Assembly: GCF_006345805.1 (NCBI RefSeq)
Contig: NC_043007.1
Coordinates: 29,388,001 to 29,452,000, forward strand
Length of the DNA stretch: 64,000 nt
Source of the DNA: Octopus sinensis
Taxonomy: Eukaryota
Reading direction: 5' to 3'
Shown here: one piece after another, positions 27,114 to 39,660 of the stretch
Position numbering within the stretch: the stretch's first letter is position 1
How the letters are laid out: every line of letters begins with the position of its first letter
The notes under the pieces: model-generated
Seen by the model: the letters and a program-made list of their open reading frames with translations, nothing else
What the model was told of the DNA's origin: nothing
Database searches by the model: none
Translations under genes and position numbers: made by a program

Positions 27114-27286
27114 CACACACACACATATATATATACTCACACAGACACATATGTATATATATTTATATATATATATCTAATATTACATATCTTTTATAAT
27201 AATATATGCTCCAGTTAGAGCGACTAAATTTAAGCAATATATAAATCTAAATCTAAACATATATATATATATATATTGTGTGTGTG

Positions 27287-27322
<36 letters not shown>

Positions 27323-27859
27323 GTGTGTGTGTGTTTGTGTGGTGTGTGTGTGTGTGTGTGTACGTATGTATTAAATGTTTTTTCGGGATAAAGGTGAGAG
27401 CGATCAAAGATCGGAGAAAGAGAGAAATCAGTTAATCAAGGAATAGAAGACGATTTGGGGGGAGAAAATACACTATATATATATGTATTGGAAAATAATT
27501 ATACACATGCTTAAATACAAACTCTTTCGCTCTTTCATATATATATATATACGCATGTTTGCGTACATAGATACACGCGCGCGCGCATACATACACACTC
27601 ACACACAAATTCAAGGAAATTCATACATGCATGTATGATGATGAGAGCTGTTGACTCTTCGAGTATGACTCTTCAAATATGACTCTTCGATTATGACTCT
27701 TCTTAACAGCGGCACCGACAGAATACAAACACATCGCCACCAAACTAGTTAAACCCAGAAAGTCGCAGGTATCTTGGAGCCGAATATTTACATCTTAAAA
27801 TTGCCAGATGTTGTGTGGGGGGAAATGACTCAAAAGTCAGCAAGAGATTTACAATGTTT

Positions 27860-28062
27860 TTTTTACCCAATATTGAGGTCTTGAAAGAGCGTGTGGACAA
27901 TTTTTATTTGAAATACCAGAAGAACCGATGTCGCGGTGAGAGCAACAATGAAGAGCATCTCCGTCCAACTGCTTCCTTCACCAAAAACTAAACTAGAAAA
28001 GAACCCAATCGCACTGAAGGGCGGTGCTCCAGCATGGCTTCCGCCTCTGGTTGAAACTGGTA
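27860..28062 (+). mobile_element. 5'-truncated 3' stub of a CR1-group LINE
   Basis: With one shift it reads LKERVDN.LFEIPEEPMSR*EQQ*RASPSNCFLHQ, paralleling KMKLDLFLSV.PDEPTSRQEGQMRAAASNSLMHQ at about 34165-34265. Ends in GGCGGTGCTCCAGCATGG...TGAAAC. Confidence 0.7.
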
Positions 28063-28088
28063 ATATATATATATATATATATATGTGG

Positions 28089-28134
<46 letters not shown>

Positions 28135-28949
28135 TGTGTGTGTGTGTGTGTATCTTCATGCCTGTCTCTACCCCGCATACTCTCATCCCTTGTACATATA
28201 TAACTAGATCACAAGAAGTACAAAAAAATGAATAAACAATATATATTAAATAAAAATATTAGAGTATAGCTAGTGAAAAGATATTTTATAGTTTGTTAAT
28301 GTTATTCTCAAAGCTAAATTATATCTTCACAGGTAAATATATTTTTGTATCTATTTACTCTATTTTTTTTACCTTAGGTTTTTAACATGATAAATGTATT
28401 ATAGGCACCTGGTTCTACTTTTTAAGTTTTAAATTTAGTTAACGGAGTTTCTTCTATAAGAACAATCATGATTCTATTTCTTTAAGAAATATTGTTTAAT
28501 TCTATTTGATTATTTATTTAACTATTATTGTTATTATTGTTGACCTGAGGAGTGACTATACTTTTAAATTGATTTGTTTTTCGATTAAATTTAAATTTAA
28601 TTGTAATTCGATTTGAAATTATAGCCATGAAACGTACGTAGTCTTTTTACTTATCATATATTGTTTATTCATTTTCTTGTACTTTTTGTGATCTAGTTAT
28701 ATATTTTATAATATATTTTATTTTTTCTTTATGATTTGGTTTATGTCTATCATTGTTTGAATTACATAATAGTGTTTTTTCTCTAATTTATATATATATT
28801 TTATGTATGTATATATATAAAAGATACAGATAAGGAAATAATTTTATTTGCATCTTTCTTCTCTTAAACCTACGCACGTTTCAGCTGCAAACCACTGCAC
28901 ATTGCTAAGTGTGCATCTTGCTGTTGATTATCGGTGCAACATCCTCAGG

Positions 28950-29850
28950 GTCATTTTTAATGCTGTTCGAATGTCATCTGAAGAAACTATGACACTGAAC
29001 CAAATATAACCGCCAGGATTACATATCCTTCGGAAACCTTTTCGGAAGATACATGCAGCACGTGCAAACCTTCAGGTGTTTAGGTGTAGGGACAGGGAAA
29101 ACTTCAACGCTCTTCCTTGTTTCACCTCGAGACCGTAGGACTATCGAAACGAATTCCCCAACATCCCATGGGACATCTGTGACAGTGCCTCTCCTTACCC
29201 TGTAGGTGCTCAAAATTGCTAACTTTGCCTCAGTGAGAAACTCCATATACATTATGAGCCTTAAGTAGCCCTCAATAAGTAAAAATGATCTGTCTTATTG
29301 TAGCCATTAGAGGTAAGCTCTGTTAAGCAATTGGCCGCTGATAATACGGACACACTACCATGAACCTATTTGGCTCACGCCCAACACGGCAGAGTCTATA
29401 ATTCCTGCTGCATGTTAAGATTACAAGTTACTATAATTCATGTTGGTCACGAAATCAGATATGCCACGTGACACCATCAAATCCTTGATCTTCCCACGTG
29501 ATAACTGCTGCACTGAAATACCACATCTAACAGAATGTCGACTATCTGACGCCAAAAAGTTTATCTGTCCTACCACGTGCAGAAGACGTTGTAAAGAGCT
29601 GATGTTGAAATAGTGATATTTCAAATGCCGACACAGCGACACCAGCATTCTGTCTGCCCCCAATAAAATAACTGATAGCAAAAATAATTACGACGAAGAA
29701 CTGACTTATGTAGGCGTAAAAATTCTTACCAAAAAAGCATTTTAAATAGCTTTTAAATTCTTTGTATTCTACCACAGAACATCTGATGATGTGGACGTGC
29801 CCTACGCCCACGAAACTCTTATTGAATGCATGTAACTTTAACCAAATGTG
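28950..29850 (+). mobile_element. Penelope-like element remnant: GIY-YIG endonuclease C-terminal part plus 3' terminal region
   Basis: NEFPNIPWDICDSASPYPVGAQNC*LCLSEKLHI (about 29148-29250) followed by ..SKNDLSYCSH resembles the PLE endonuclease signature W.I...A..Y......C.LCL.EK..I...LN.R.E....CRH. CTGATGA...GAAAC motif at 29783-29816. Confidence 0.65.
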
Positions 29851-30291
29851 TTGAGTGTTAGTTTCTTTCGTTCATTTGTTCACTCACTTGCACACACACC
29901 ACACACACACCTGCATACATTTTTGTATGAATATATGTAAGTATACATAACTTTATGTAGGTATGTATGTATAACTGTATACATGTATATATGATTGTAT
30001 GCATGCGTGTATGTTTGTATATCACGTGTCTGCTCCTCATCCCCCCTCTCTCTCTGTGTCCTTCTCTAATGTATTCTCTCAGAGACTTAAATTACTGTAG
30101 AAGCCATTATTTTTGCTTCACATTTGTTGAAAAATCAAATTATATAAATGGATTCTCTTCTTACAGTGTTAGAAAAGGAGCGCTTATATATATCTCTCTC
30201 TCTCTTCTCCCTCTCTCTCTATGTATGTATGTATGTATGTATGTATGTATGTATGTATGTATGTATGTATGTATGTATGTATGTATGTATG

Positions 30292-30322
<31 letters not shown>

Positions 30323-31239
30323 ACACACACACACACACATATTCATGTATGCGTCTAAGTGTGTATGTATCTCTCTATGTAAATGTCCATGTATTTATAT
30401 ATTACTATGCTTGATACATAACGTATATACTATCAATGAAATATATTGCGCTCAATACAGAGATCACGACTAATGCATTTGTAATCATAAAAGAGCGACA
30501 TGAGTAGACACACATCAGGTTTTTGCAGTCATCTTAAGACACAGGCGTGATACAGGTGTGACACAGGTGTGACAAGCGTGAAAGTGTTGGGGACCGCCAA
30601 ATCTGAGATAGTTTCCACGGCGTGCTTTAGACACGCATATACACGCATATACACACATACAAACATACGCACACAGGTACGCACGCATATATTCATACAT
30701 ACAGAAAGGTTGACAGACAGATAGGCAGACATATTCATGCGCACAGCATTGAGATGGGTGATGTGTTTACCTGTATGAATCTCCATTTTTTTTCATTTCG
30801 ATTTTGTTATGTGTTGAGGAATTTACCGATGTGATTACAATATAGGAGAGTGTAATCCAGCAGAAGAATGGAAATAAATTTGTTAGAGAATCACTAATTT
30901 TGTTGTTGTTGTTGAGATGAGGTCATGGAGTCATTTTGAGAAGCAAAATAGGAGGTTTTTGAAGCTAAGCCTAGGTCAGCCCTAACTGAACTGGTCTTTG
31001 GTTAAACACATTCTAGTAACTACCACCCCGTTCCACCCCATAAAGATCATGCAGCGTAGAGCTCTGTATAGGACGTCTATTAAAGCAGCGGGGTCTGATT
31101 TGAGAAACTTTGACTGTTATTCCTGGCAATTCAAACAGCCACGTAGTGAATCCTTTCTTTAAGTTGAGGACGACTGCGATTGTTGCAGATCTCTGGGATC
31201 AGACTTTCTTAAAGAAAAACTTATTCATTGATGCCAGAC

Positions 31240-31400
31240 GTGACTGAGTGATAAGAAGTTTGCTTCCCAGCCATATGGTTCCAGGTTCGGTCCCACTGTG
31301 TATCACACCTTGGGCAAGTGTTTCTATTCTACTATAGCCTTGGGCCGATTAAAGCCTTGTGAGTGGATTTGGTAGATGGAAACTGAAGCAAGCCCGTCGT
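31240..31400 (+). mobile_element. SINE family A head half
   Basis: AAGAAGTTTGCTTCCCAGCCATATGGTTCCAGGTTCGGTCCC...GGAAACTGAAGCAAGCCCGTCG. Confidence 0.8.
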
Positions 31401-31424
31401 ATATATATTATATATATATGTATA

Positions 31425-31800
31425 CTAGCGGTTAGACCCGGTGTTGCTCGTGTTTTTCGTGTCGAAGTTAAGCCCACCTCTGACCTTGTATTGACTAAGC
31501 ATTTCCTTAGAGACTATTCTATCGATTTTGTTGAAATTTTACACGTGGAAAATGCATAAGCTGCAGGAAAAATAACATCGTTATGGGAATTTCCATTTAA
31601 ACGCCCGATTGAGCTCACAAAAATCGATGCCAACTGAGCATTATCTAGATTTCGAAATATGCCAGCCTTATTTGAACTTCAGGACATGTAATGTACCTAT
31701 ATGCCAAAAATCATTATAATCAGTTGGACGGTGGGGAGGAGTTAAGAGTAACCCCAAACACACACAGATATCACCATTACACATCTATGTATATAGATAT
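31425..31800 (-). mobile_element. Possible non-autonomous Helitron-type element
   Basis: Terminus reads ...CCGGGTCTAACCGCTAG|T on the minus strand (CTRR|T rule). The opposite part has TATGCCAAAAATCAT...CAGTTGGACGGT..GGAGGAGTT...ACACACAGA, typical of this class. Confidence 0.45.
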
Positions 31801-32195
31801 GCGTATGTGTGTGTGTGTGTGTGTGTGTGTGCGTGCAGGACACTTTGGGCAGCTGTCTCCTTTCATTGCCTTGGGTTGACCAAAATCATGTGAGTAAATT
31901 TAGTAGGCGGAAACTGTAAGGAAGCCCGTCACTAGACATTGTTATGGGGTGGCAGATCTAATGTATCACGTGGTCCCCCCACCTGTTCCTCAGGTACCTT
32001 TAGCAGAGTTACCTGTCTGATGATACTTTCCACCTTCCCACTCAAAGTTTTGGAGTCCTAAAAATGACATAGGTGGCGCCTATTCTTACTTCTTTAATCT
32101 GGTAAAAGTCAGAACAAAACAAACACTATTAATATAAAGAAAAGAAATGAGAGGAAATATTTCCAAGATGGCTGCCATTAAGTTGAATAACTTAC

Positions 32196-32606
32196 CGTAA
32201 AACACTTGCTCTATATCATCACTTCTGATATCGGAATCTCTCTTACTACTGCGACTGCTCGCCGATCCTCTTCGATCTGATTCTGAAGCCAGGGATGTTC
32301 TCCGACTGTAATAACTGCTAGCTGAACCCCTGCGGTCTGTATCTGATGCTAAAGATGTCCGCCGACTACAAAAGCTGCTGCCTGAACCCCGCCGATCGCT
32401 TTCGGAAGCAAACGAAGTCCGTCGGCTGCTGTTGCTGCTTAGTGAGATCCGTCGATCAGCCTCGGAAGTGTACGAAGTTCTCCGACTGCCATAGTCGACG
32501 AAAATCTGAGGAACAACGAACGGTGCCTGTACTTTTGAGCTCCGACAGATTGCTGGAGCTGTTACCAACTGCATTTTGTCTTCTTTTTTCTCCTTGTGGC
32601 ATATTG
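32196..32606 (-). CDS. Internal coding exon (411 nt, phase 1 to phase 1) encoding four 20-aa Ser/Arg-rich repeats; unidentified protein
   Basis: Acceptor ttttattttctgctattttgcag| and donor TACG|gtaagt. Open 137-codon frame ICHKEKKEDKMQLV...SRRTSYTSEADRRISLSSNS SRRTSFASESDRRGSGSSFC SRRTSLASDTDRRGSASSYY SRRTSLASESDRRGSASSRS...EQVFY. Repeat units differ at synonymous positions. Confidence 0.85.
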
Positions 32607-32796
32607 CTGCAAAATAGCAGAAAATAAAAATAATCGACTTTAAGAAACTTTATAAACGATTTTCAAAAACAATAGCAGAAACAACAAAAAAAACAACAAC
32701 ACACTCAATAAGAAGACAATCATATTTCATAAGGTAGACCATAATTAAATTTAGCGAAATAATTTTCATCAAAAGTGATCAACAAATGTTCAGGCG

Positions 32797-32945
32797 TGGT
32801 AAGAAGCTGGCTTCCCAAACCCAAGGTTCTGGATTTGGTTCCATTGCGCGGCACTTTCGGCAATTGTCTTCCACTATAACCTTTGACCGACCAAAGCTTT
32901 ACGAGTGGAATTGGGAGACGGAAACTGAAAGAAGCCCGTCATGCG
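32797..32945 (+). mobile_element. SINE family A head half, diverged
   Basis: GTGGTAAGAAGCTGGCTTCCCAAAC...GACGGAAACTGAAAGAAGCCCGTC. Confidence 0.7.
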
Positions 32946-33005
32946 TATTCTTTTATACTTTTCTTTATTTGCTTCAGTCATTTGATTATGGCCATATATA
33001 TATAT

Positions 33006-34362
33006 GCCCGACACCCAACATGGTTTCCGACCAGGGAGAAGCTGTTTAACTCAGCTCCTACAACACTATGACTGGGTGCTGAAACGGCTGCTCAACCACT
33101 CAAATGTGAAAGTGATATATCTCGACTTCGCAAAGGCCTTTGATAAAGTCGATCATGGAATGATATGTCACAAACTGCGTAATCTCAACATAGTTGGAAA
33201 ACTGGGAGAATGGCTTCATGACTTTCTGAAGGATAGAAGTCAGGTGGTAGTAGCCAATGGGGGCCACCTCCATTAACACACAAATAGTGAGCGGTGTTCC
33301 GCAGGGCACTGTTCTGGGACCACTACTGTTCATAGTGGCCCTCTCAGACATGCCCTCAGCCACGCAGAGAGCCACGATCACAAGTTATGCAGATGATACA
33401 AAGTTTCACACAGGCAATACAGAACCCTGAGGACACTAAACACCTGCAATGTGTGCTGGACGAAATATACAAGTGGGCTGAAAAGAATAGCATGCAGTTC
33501 AATGCTGGAAAGTTTCAAGCTTTATACTATCAGCATGCAAACTGAATGCATATACCCATGAATACACTGGACCCGGAGGGATTGCAATCCCAGAGGCACA
33601 ATCAGTGCGTGACCTGGGTATTCACATGAGTGATGACGCGACCTTTCATGTACATGTGCTAAACTGACAATGAAATGTAAGCGGCTGGCTGGATGGATTC
33701 TTAGAACCTTTAGAACAAGAGAACAAGAAACCATGATGGTCCTCTGAAGACACTTGTCCTAAGCCACTTTGACTATTGCTCTCAGCTATGGTCCACCATC
33801 CAGTGTCAAGTTGATCACAGAACTTGAGGCGATCCAACGAAGCTACACAAAGAAGATAGCCTCTATGCAGAATGTAAGCTACTGGAAAGACTCAAGAGAT
33901 TAAAATTATATTCCCTGGAGCGTAGGCGGGAAGATATGCCATATATACATCTGGAAGATCCTGGAGGGAAGTGTCCTGAACTTTGGCATCGGAGGTTACG
34001 CAAATGCCAGAACTGGGCGCCACTGCGTGGTGCCTAGGACTCCAAACCTGCCATCAAGATGTAGGACAAGATTCTGTGATAGCCTGGGCTTCCGAGGCCC
34101 ACAGCTCTTCAATATCCTCCCGAAGAACCTGAGAGACCTGCATGGGGTGGATACAGATGTCTTTAAAATGAAGCTGGATCTCTTCCTGTCGGTGTCCCAG
34201 ATGAACCAACTTCACGGCAGGAGGGGCAGATGAGGGCAGCTGCATCGAACTCTCTCATGCACCAAATAGCAGTTGCTAGAAAGCCTCCATGAAGTGAAAC
34301 CAAGTAGCAACACCAAATGGCGGTGCTCCAGCATGGCCACAGCTCATAAGCTGAAACTAGAA
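33006..34362 (+). mobile_element. 5'-truncated CR1-group LINE (RT domain to 3' end), pseudogenised
   Basis: QHGFRPGRSCLTQLL, IYLDFAKAFDKVDHG, SGVPQGTVLGPLLF, YADDTK, RDLG and SLGFRGPQLFN.LP motifs with stops and frameshifts. 3' end GGCGGTGCTCCAGCATGGCCACAG...CTGAAAC followed by (AATC)n. Confidence 0.92.
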
Positions 34363-34455
34363 TCAATCAATCAATCAATCAATCATATATATATACATAC
34401 ATACATAATATATATATATATATATATATACATACATACATATATATATCAATAT

Positions 34456-34513
<58 letters not shown>

Positions 34514-34525
34514 ATAATATATATC

Positions 34526-34556
<31 letters not shown>

Positions 34557-34654
34557 AATGGATAATAAAACGAATGGTTTACAACTCATCTATTCCATCT
34601 CCGTCTTTCGTTGCCATATCTATGTCTATCTATCTATCTGTCTATCTATCTATC

Positions 34655-35902
34655 GTTAAAAGGAGGGCTGGGCATGCCGTGGTTGATGATGCGCAGACAC
34701 GCGCTGAGACTGCGACATCTCCGGCTCTATGTAGACGACGGTGAACAGTGTGGTCGCCGTTTGTGAGGCACGCATTCCCGCAACTTGTCTCCATGACCGA
34801 ACTACAGTCGTGGATCAAAAAGAGGCCGAGAAGGGCGAATGGCACTGCGAGTGTCGCGTTGCTCTCAAGCAACTCTGCCGTCCCGTCGACCTTGAGTGAC
34901 TTCAACACAACCAAAGCATTCTATTGGGATTAGTGGAGGGGAGGTACGACGACGAGCTCGGGGCAAACCTGGGCGTCGACGAGGAATACCTGACCCGCCT
35001 GTTTCACAACGACTTTCGCGGCCCGGGACCTATGGACAACTTCCAGAGATCCCTGGCCTGGCGGTGCTACCGAGAAGCGCTACCCGTTCGGGATAAGCTC
35101 TATAGGCATGGCTCGAAAACACGGGGCCGACCTGCCCGAGATGCGGGCAGAGCGACGAACCGCTCTGCACGCAATCGTGCAGTGTCCAGCAATTTCCGAC
35201 CCTGTGGGCTTATGTCGAACGACTGCTGTCACGTGTGGGACGTGTCGGTTTATCAGCCGAGTCTATCGTTAATATCGTCACGCCTCCTTCCTTCAAACGG
35301 GAAGGAAGAGCTATTTTTATCATACTTGTGGCTATGGCGAAAGAATGTATCTGGTGGACGCGCCTGAAAGGATTAGAGACAACACTTTCCTCTCTGGTCA
35401 TCTCTCATCAACTTCTTCAACTATCACTTGAGGAGAAAGTGAGAGTAGAGAGGCAAGTTTTGTCTAGCGAATGTTTTAAAAAAGATGGGTGAATGTAGCA
35501 AGGATGGCACGTATGAATGACGAAGCCACCTTGACTATGATTCTATGAACTATAAAAATTAATACAGAGAGTTGCTTATTTGCAAAAAAAAAGAAATATA
35601 ACATGTGACTTCATTGACCGAGGTTACCGTGGTCTTTTCCGTAGGCTTTTCTTTCCACAGGTAAACCTCACCTGTCCTCCCCTTTACACTTCATATTGAC
35701 ATTTCTGTGATAACGATCCCTATTGATCAATTTTTTTTCCTCTCCCCCTTTTTTTAAACCCCCCTTTTTTTTGTCCTCTTTCTCTCCTTTTACGATCCCT
35801 TTTGATCGAACACCCCCCTTTTTTTTATTTACCTTCAATAGAAAAGCTCTACCTTGTAATTTGTTCTATCTGTGTGCAGCCCTGTGTGGCTAATAAAGAA
35901 AC
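34655..35902 (+). mobile_element. 5'-truncated L1/Tx1-type LINE (post-RT region, CCHC zinc finger, 3' UTR) embedded in (TATC)n
   Basis: [46 protein letters not shown] and ..VAMAKECIWWTR motifs. Pyrimidine-rich 3' UTR ending AATAAAGAAACA. (TATC)n on both sides. Confidence 0.85.
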
Positions 35903-35903
35903 A

Positions 35904-35966
<63 letters not shown>

Positions 35967-35967
35967 G

Positions 35968-35999
<32 letters not shown>

Positions 36000-36001
<2 letters not shown>

Positions 36002-36185
36002 CTCATTGTGTATGTGCTTGTTACGCCCCCACCACCGTTTGACAATCGGTGTTGGAGTGTTTGCGTGGCCGTAACTTAGCGGTTCGGTAAAATGGACTGG
36101 TAGAATAAGCACCAGGCTTAAAAAAAAAAAGGTACTGAGATCGATTCAGTCCAGTGACTGAAACAAGTAAAAGATAAAACAGACA
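36000..36185 (+). mobile_element. SINE family A 3' half
   Basis: TTTGACAATCGGTGTTGG...CGTAACTTAGCGGTTCGG...GACTGAAACAAGTAAAAG. Confidence 0.75.
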
Positions 36186-36544
36186 TCGACCGTGGGCCGA
36201 CGGCGCAAACCTCTTCAACGAAAGAATTGATGGAAAGTGTAAATTTCGGTTGCGAAACGTAAGGGAAGTTAGATGTGATCTGGATTCCAAATATTGTCTT
36301 CTGCCAGAGAAGGGTCTCAGTCGCTAATTATTATCTCATAATAATTTAGATCCGCCCCGCCGCCGCCGCCACCCGTGTCTAGCAGTCACGTGGCTTAAAT
36401 ACAAGACTGCTCGGAACAGACAATTGTAGCAAAAAAGAAAAAAAAAAGAAAAAACACGTTTATGTACAATTGAATAAAATTATTTTAGGAAGGAAAACAA
36501 CCATCGGTGAGTAACATAATTAACTTGCTACGAGATAACACACA

Positions 36545-36594
<50 letters not shown>

Positions 36595-36904
36595 ACACGT
36601 TCACACACGCATACATACACATACTTGCACACACACGCTCACACACCCGCACACATGCACACACACATACGTACACATATGTACACACACATACGTACAC
36701 ACACATACGTACACACACATACGCACACACACACACCACACACACAAACACGCAAATACAGACTATGTCTTATGTGGTGGACGGTAGAGTTCTGTTGAAC
36801 ATTGATGAGGGGGAAAAACTATTTGCAGCGAAAAGATTGATTCAAAGCAGAAGAAACGAATAAAAGAATGAACGTGAAAGGAATAAAGGAATACAAATCT
36901 AACG

Positions 36905-36961
<57 letters not shown>

Positions 36962-37102
36962 TATGTGTATGAGTGCACATGTATGTATGTATACATGTAT
37001 TTCATTTATGTGTACGTGTGTATGTATATATTTATTTATATATACCGAGAGAGAGAGAGAGAGAGAGAGAGAAAGAAAGAGAGAGAGAGAAAGAGAAAGA
37101 GC

Positions 37103-37157
<55 letters not shown>

Positions 37158-37609
37158 AAGAAAGATCCACATCCACCAACCATTCTACGATGTTAATTCG
37201 ATTCCTTTGTGCAAGAATTAACCAATATTGAAAATCCACCAATTATCTAATCAAGTTGTAAAAGAAAAATGAAACTAAATCGAGTTGTTTAATGGAATAA
37301 TTTAGAATTACTAAATCAAATAACTGAACATTTTAATTAGCGATTCGATTGGTTGAATAACCGAACACGTTTCACCGCTTCACCAACACACCATGTCAGC
37401 AGACAGCCAATTGTAATCTATACGTTTCGTAGCCTGTCAAACCATTATCGTTTGGTTGTTTAAGCCACCTAGCCGTAAGAAGATACCATTTGGAAGCAGC
37501 CCCTCCCCCACCCCGTTGTTCAGATGATTTGCTTTTTAATTACCTCAAAATAAAATAATAACCGATATAAATGGCGGTTGGTCGGGTGATTCCGCCAGTC
37601 ACGGTTTAC

Positions 37610-37880
37610 ATCGTATATATCACCGTGATCACCGTGACTCACCAGGCTATCAGATGTTGCTACACATCGCTGGTCACAATGCGCTTCGCATTGTTTTTAG
37701 CGAGCAGGCCAACAGAAGAAAGTGAAAGTTGTGGCGAAAGAGTACAGCAGGGATCACCACCACCCCCTGCCGGAGCGTCGTGGAGCTTTAGGTGTTTTTG
37801 CTCAATAAACACTCACAACGCCCGGTCTGGGAATCGAAACTGCGATCCTACGACCGTGACCTACGGCCCTAACCACTCAT
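37610..37880 (-). mobile_element. tRNA-derived SINE, family C
   Basis: Minus strand AGTGGTTAGGGC...GCAGTTTCGATTCCCAGACCGGGCG (A/B boxes), TTGAGCAAAAACACCTAAAGCTCCAC, and tail ...CATCTGATAGCCTGGTGAGTCACGGTGATCACGGTGAT. Confidence 0.75.
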
Positions 37881-37905
37881 TGTATGTATATATATATATA
37901 TATAT

Positions 37906-37953
<48 letters not shown>

Positions 37954-38454
37954 GGGGAGAGAGAAAGAAAGAGAGAGAGAAAGAAAGAGAGAGAGAAAGA
38001 AAGAGAGAGAGAGAGAGAGAGTTAACATAAAAAGTCAAGCACTTTTCCCGATTTGTATGGATCCTTTGTTCTTCTTTCTGCTCTTCTACCAGCATTTCTG
38101 CGTTTGAGAATTTATTTCCTTATCTGTATCTGTAATGGTTAATATTCATTGTAATGAATATTTTTCGTAGATGCTTTTCAAGTAAGCTGGTCGTTTAGCA
38201 GAATAAATATATTTTTTGGCATTAGTCCCCAGGACATTGGTCAGCTTAAGAATTTATTGCAAACTATTCCAAATGAATGGATCACAACACTTACTAACGG
38301 TAATATTAACACTCTTTGGCCACCGACGAATAATATCAAGAAATATGGCGCACATAGAATAATTATAATTTTTTTTAATCAAATTATCCATGCTGACAGA
38401 AGTGTGTTTCCAACGTTTCCCATCATTTGACACGAATAACAGTCTGGTAGTAAT

Positions 38455-38651
38455 AACAAGGCCTTAAATCTTAAAGAAGGGAGCTGGTCAATGACATCAA
38501 TGCCAGCGCTCAACTGGTACTTATTTTATCGATCCCGAAAGCAAAGTCGACCACGGTAGAATTTGAACTTAGAACGGAAAGACGGACGAAATGCCGCTGG
38601 GCATTTTGCCCAGACCATAAAGAACCTGCTAGCTTGCTGCGATACTTATAA

Positions 38652-38720
<69 letters not shown>

Positions 38721-38900
38721 TAATAATGGTTTCAAATTTTGGAGTAAAGCTAACAATTTCGAGGCAAGGGGTTAAGTTGGTTACACCGACCCTAGTGTTT
38801 AACTGGTACTTATTTTATCGATCCCGCGGCGGAATTTGAACTCAGAGATTAAAGTTGGACGAAATGTCGGCAAGAATTTTTCCCCGGCGTGCTGACACTG
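38455..38900 (-). mobile_element. Two SINE family B copies separated by (TAA)n
   Basis: Reverse-complement core AACTGGTACTTATTTTATCGATCCCG...GAATTTGAACT occurs twice. Confidence 0.75.
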
Positions 38901-39062
38901 AATGTGTCAGCTCACTGCCTCCATGATGACAGAAAATGTTAACACGAAAACATACGAAGAGAGTAAAATCACTTGAAATGTTTGGAAACGCCATTTTCTT
39001 GTTTTTTTTTTTTTCATTTTTAGAAACTGCAGAAACAAGGCGAGGAAGACGCAACCGAATGG

Positions 39063-39106
<44 letters not shown>

Positions 39107-39120
39107 TAATAATAATAATC

Positions 39121-39192
<72 letters not shown>

Positions 39193-39454
39193 AACCATAC
39201 AAATAACTGATACATAATCAGCAGCAGGAAGGGCATGAATAAATAATTAGAGAATTAATTATTTCTGCAAAAATCTGTCACTTAATGATAGATGGAGTCA
39301 AGGGTGACGACACGAGTGTTCTGCTGTGTGTATGCGAGTGTATGTGTGTGTGTGTGTATATATATATACATTTATATATCTACATAAACGCACATACATG
39401 CACAGATCCTCCTCTTCTTCCTCCTCCTCCTCCTCCTCCTCATCATCATCATCA

Positions 39455-39660
39455 TCACATACTTTAATGTTCTGCGCTGGCATGGGTTGGACAGTTTTTC
39501 TGGGATCTGATGGGTGCAAGGCCTGCGTTGTACTCTAATGTCTGCATTAGCATTGTTTCTACAATGTGACCCCCATCCTGATGCCAACCATTTTACTGTG
39601 TATATTGAGTGGGTTTCTCATGCCAACCACTCTTGTAAGGTCACCATGCACCTTGCAAGA
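39455..39660 (+). mobile_element. Diverged copy of a common retro-derived interspersed repeat (GCTGGCATGGGTTGGAC...CCTGATGCCAACCA)
   Basis: Recognisable GCATGGGTTGGAC and ATCCTGATGCCAACCATTTTAC blocks following a (CAT)n run. Confidence 0.45.

Noticed and set aside
32086-32195. Hydrophobic tail (LFNLMAAILEIFPLISFLY...) if the RRxS exon reads into the intron
   Set aside because: A consensus donor sits at 32195, and AT-rich intron sequence commonly translates as hydrophobic; no evidence for retention.
36489-36506. 18-nt plus-strand micro-exon candidate (ttttag|...TCG|gtgagt)
   Set aside because: No polypyrimidine tract and no plus-strand gene context.
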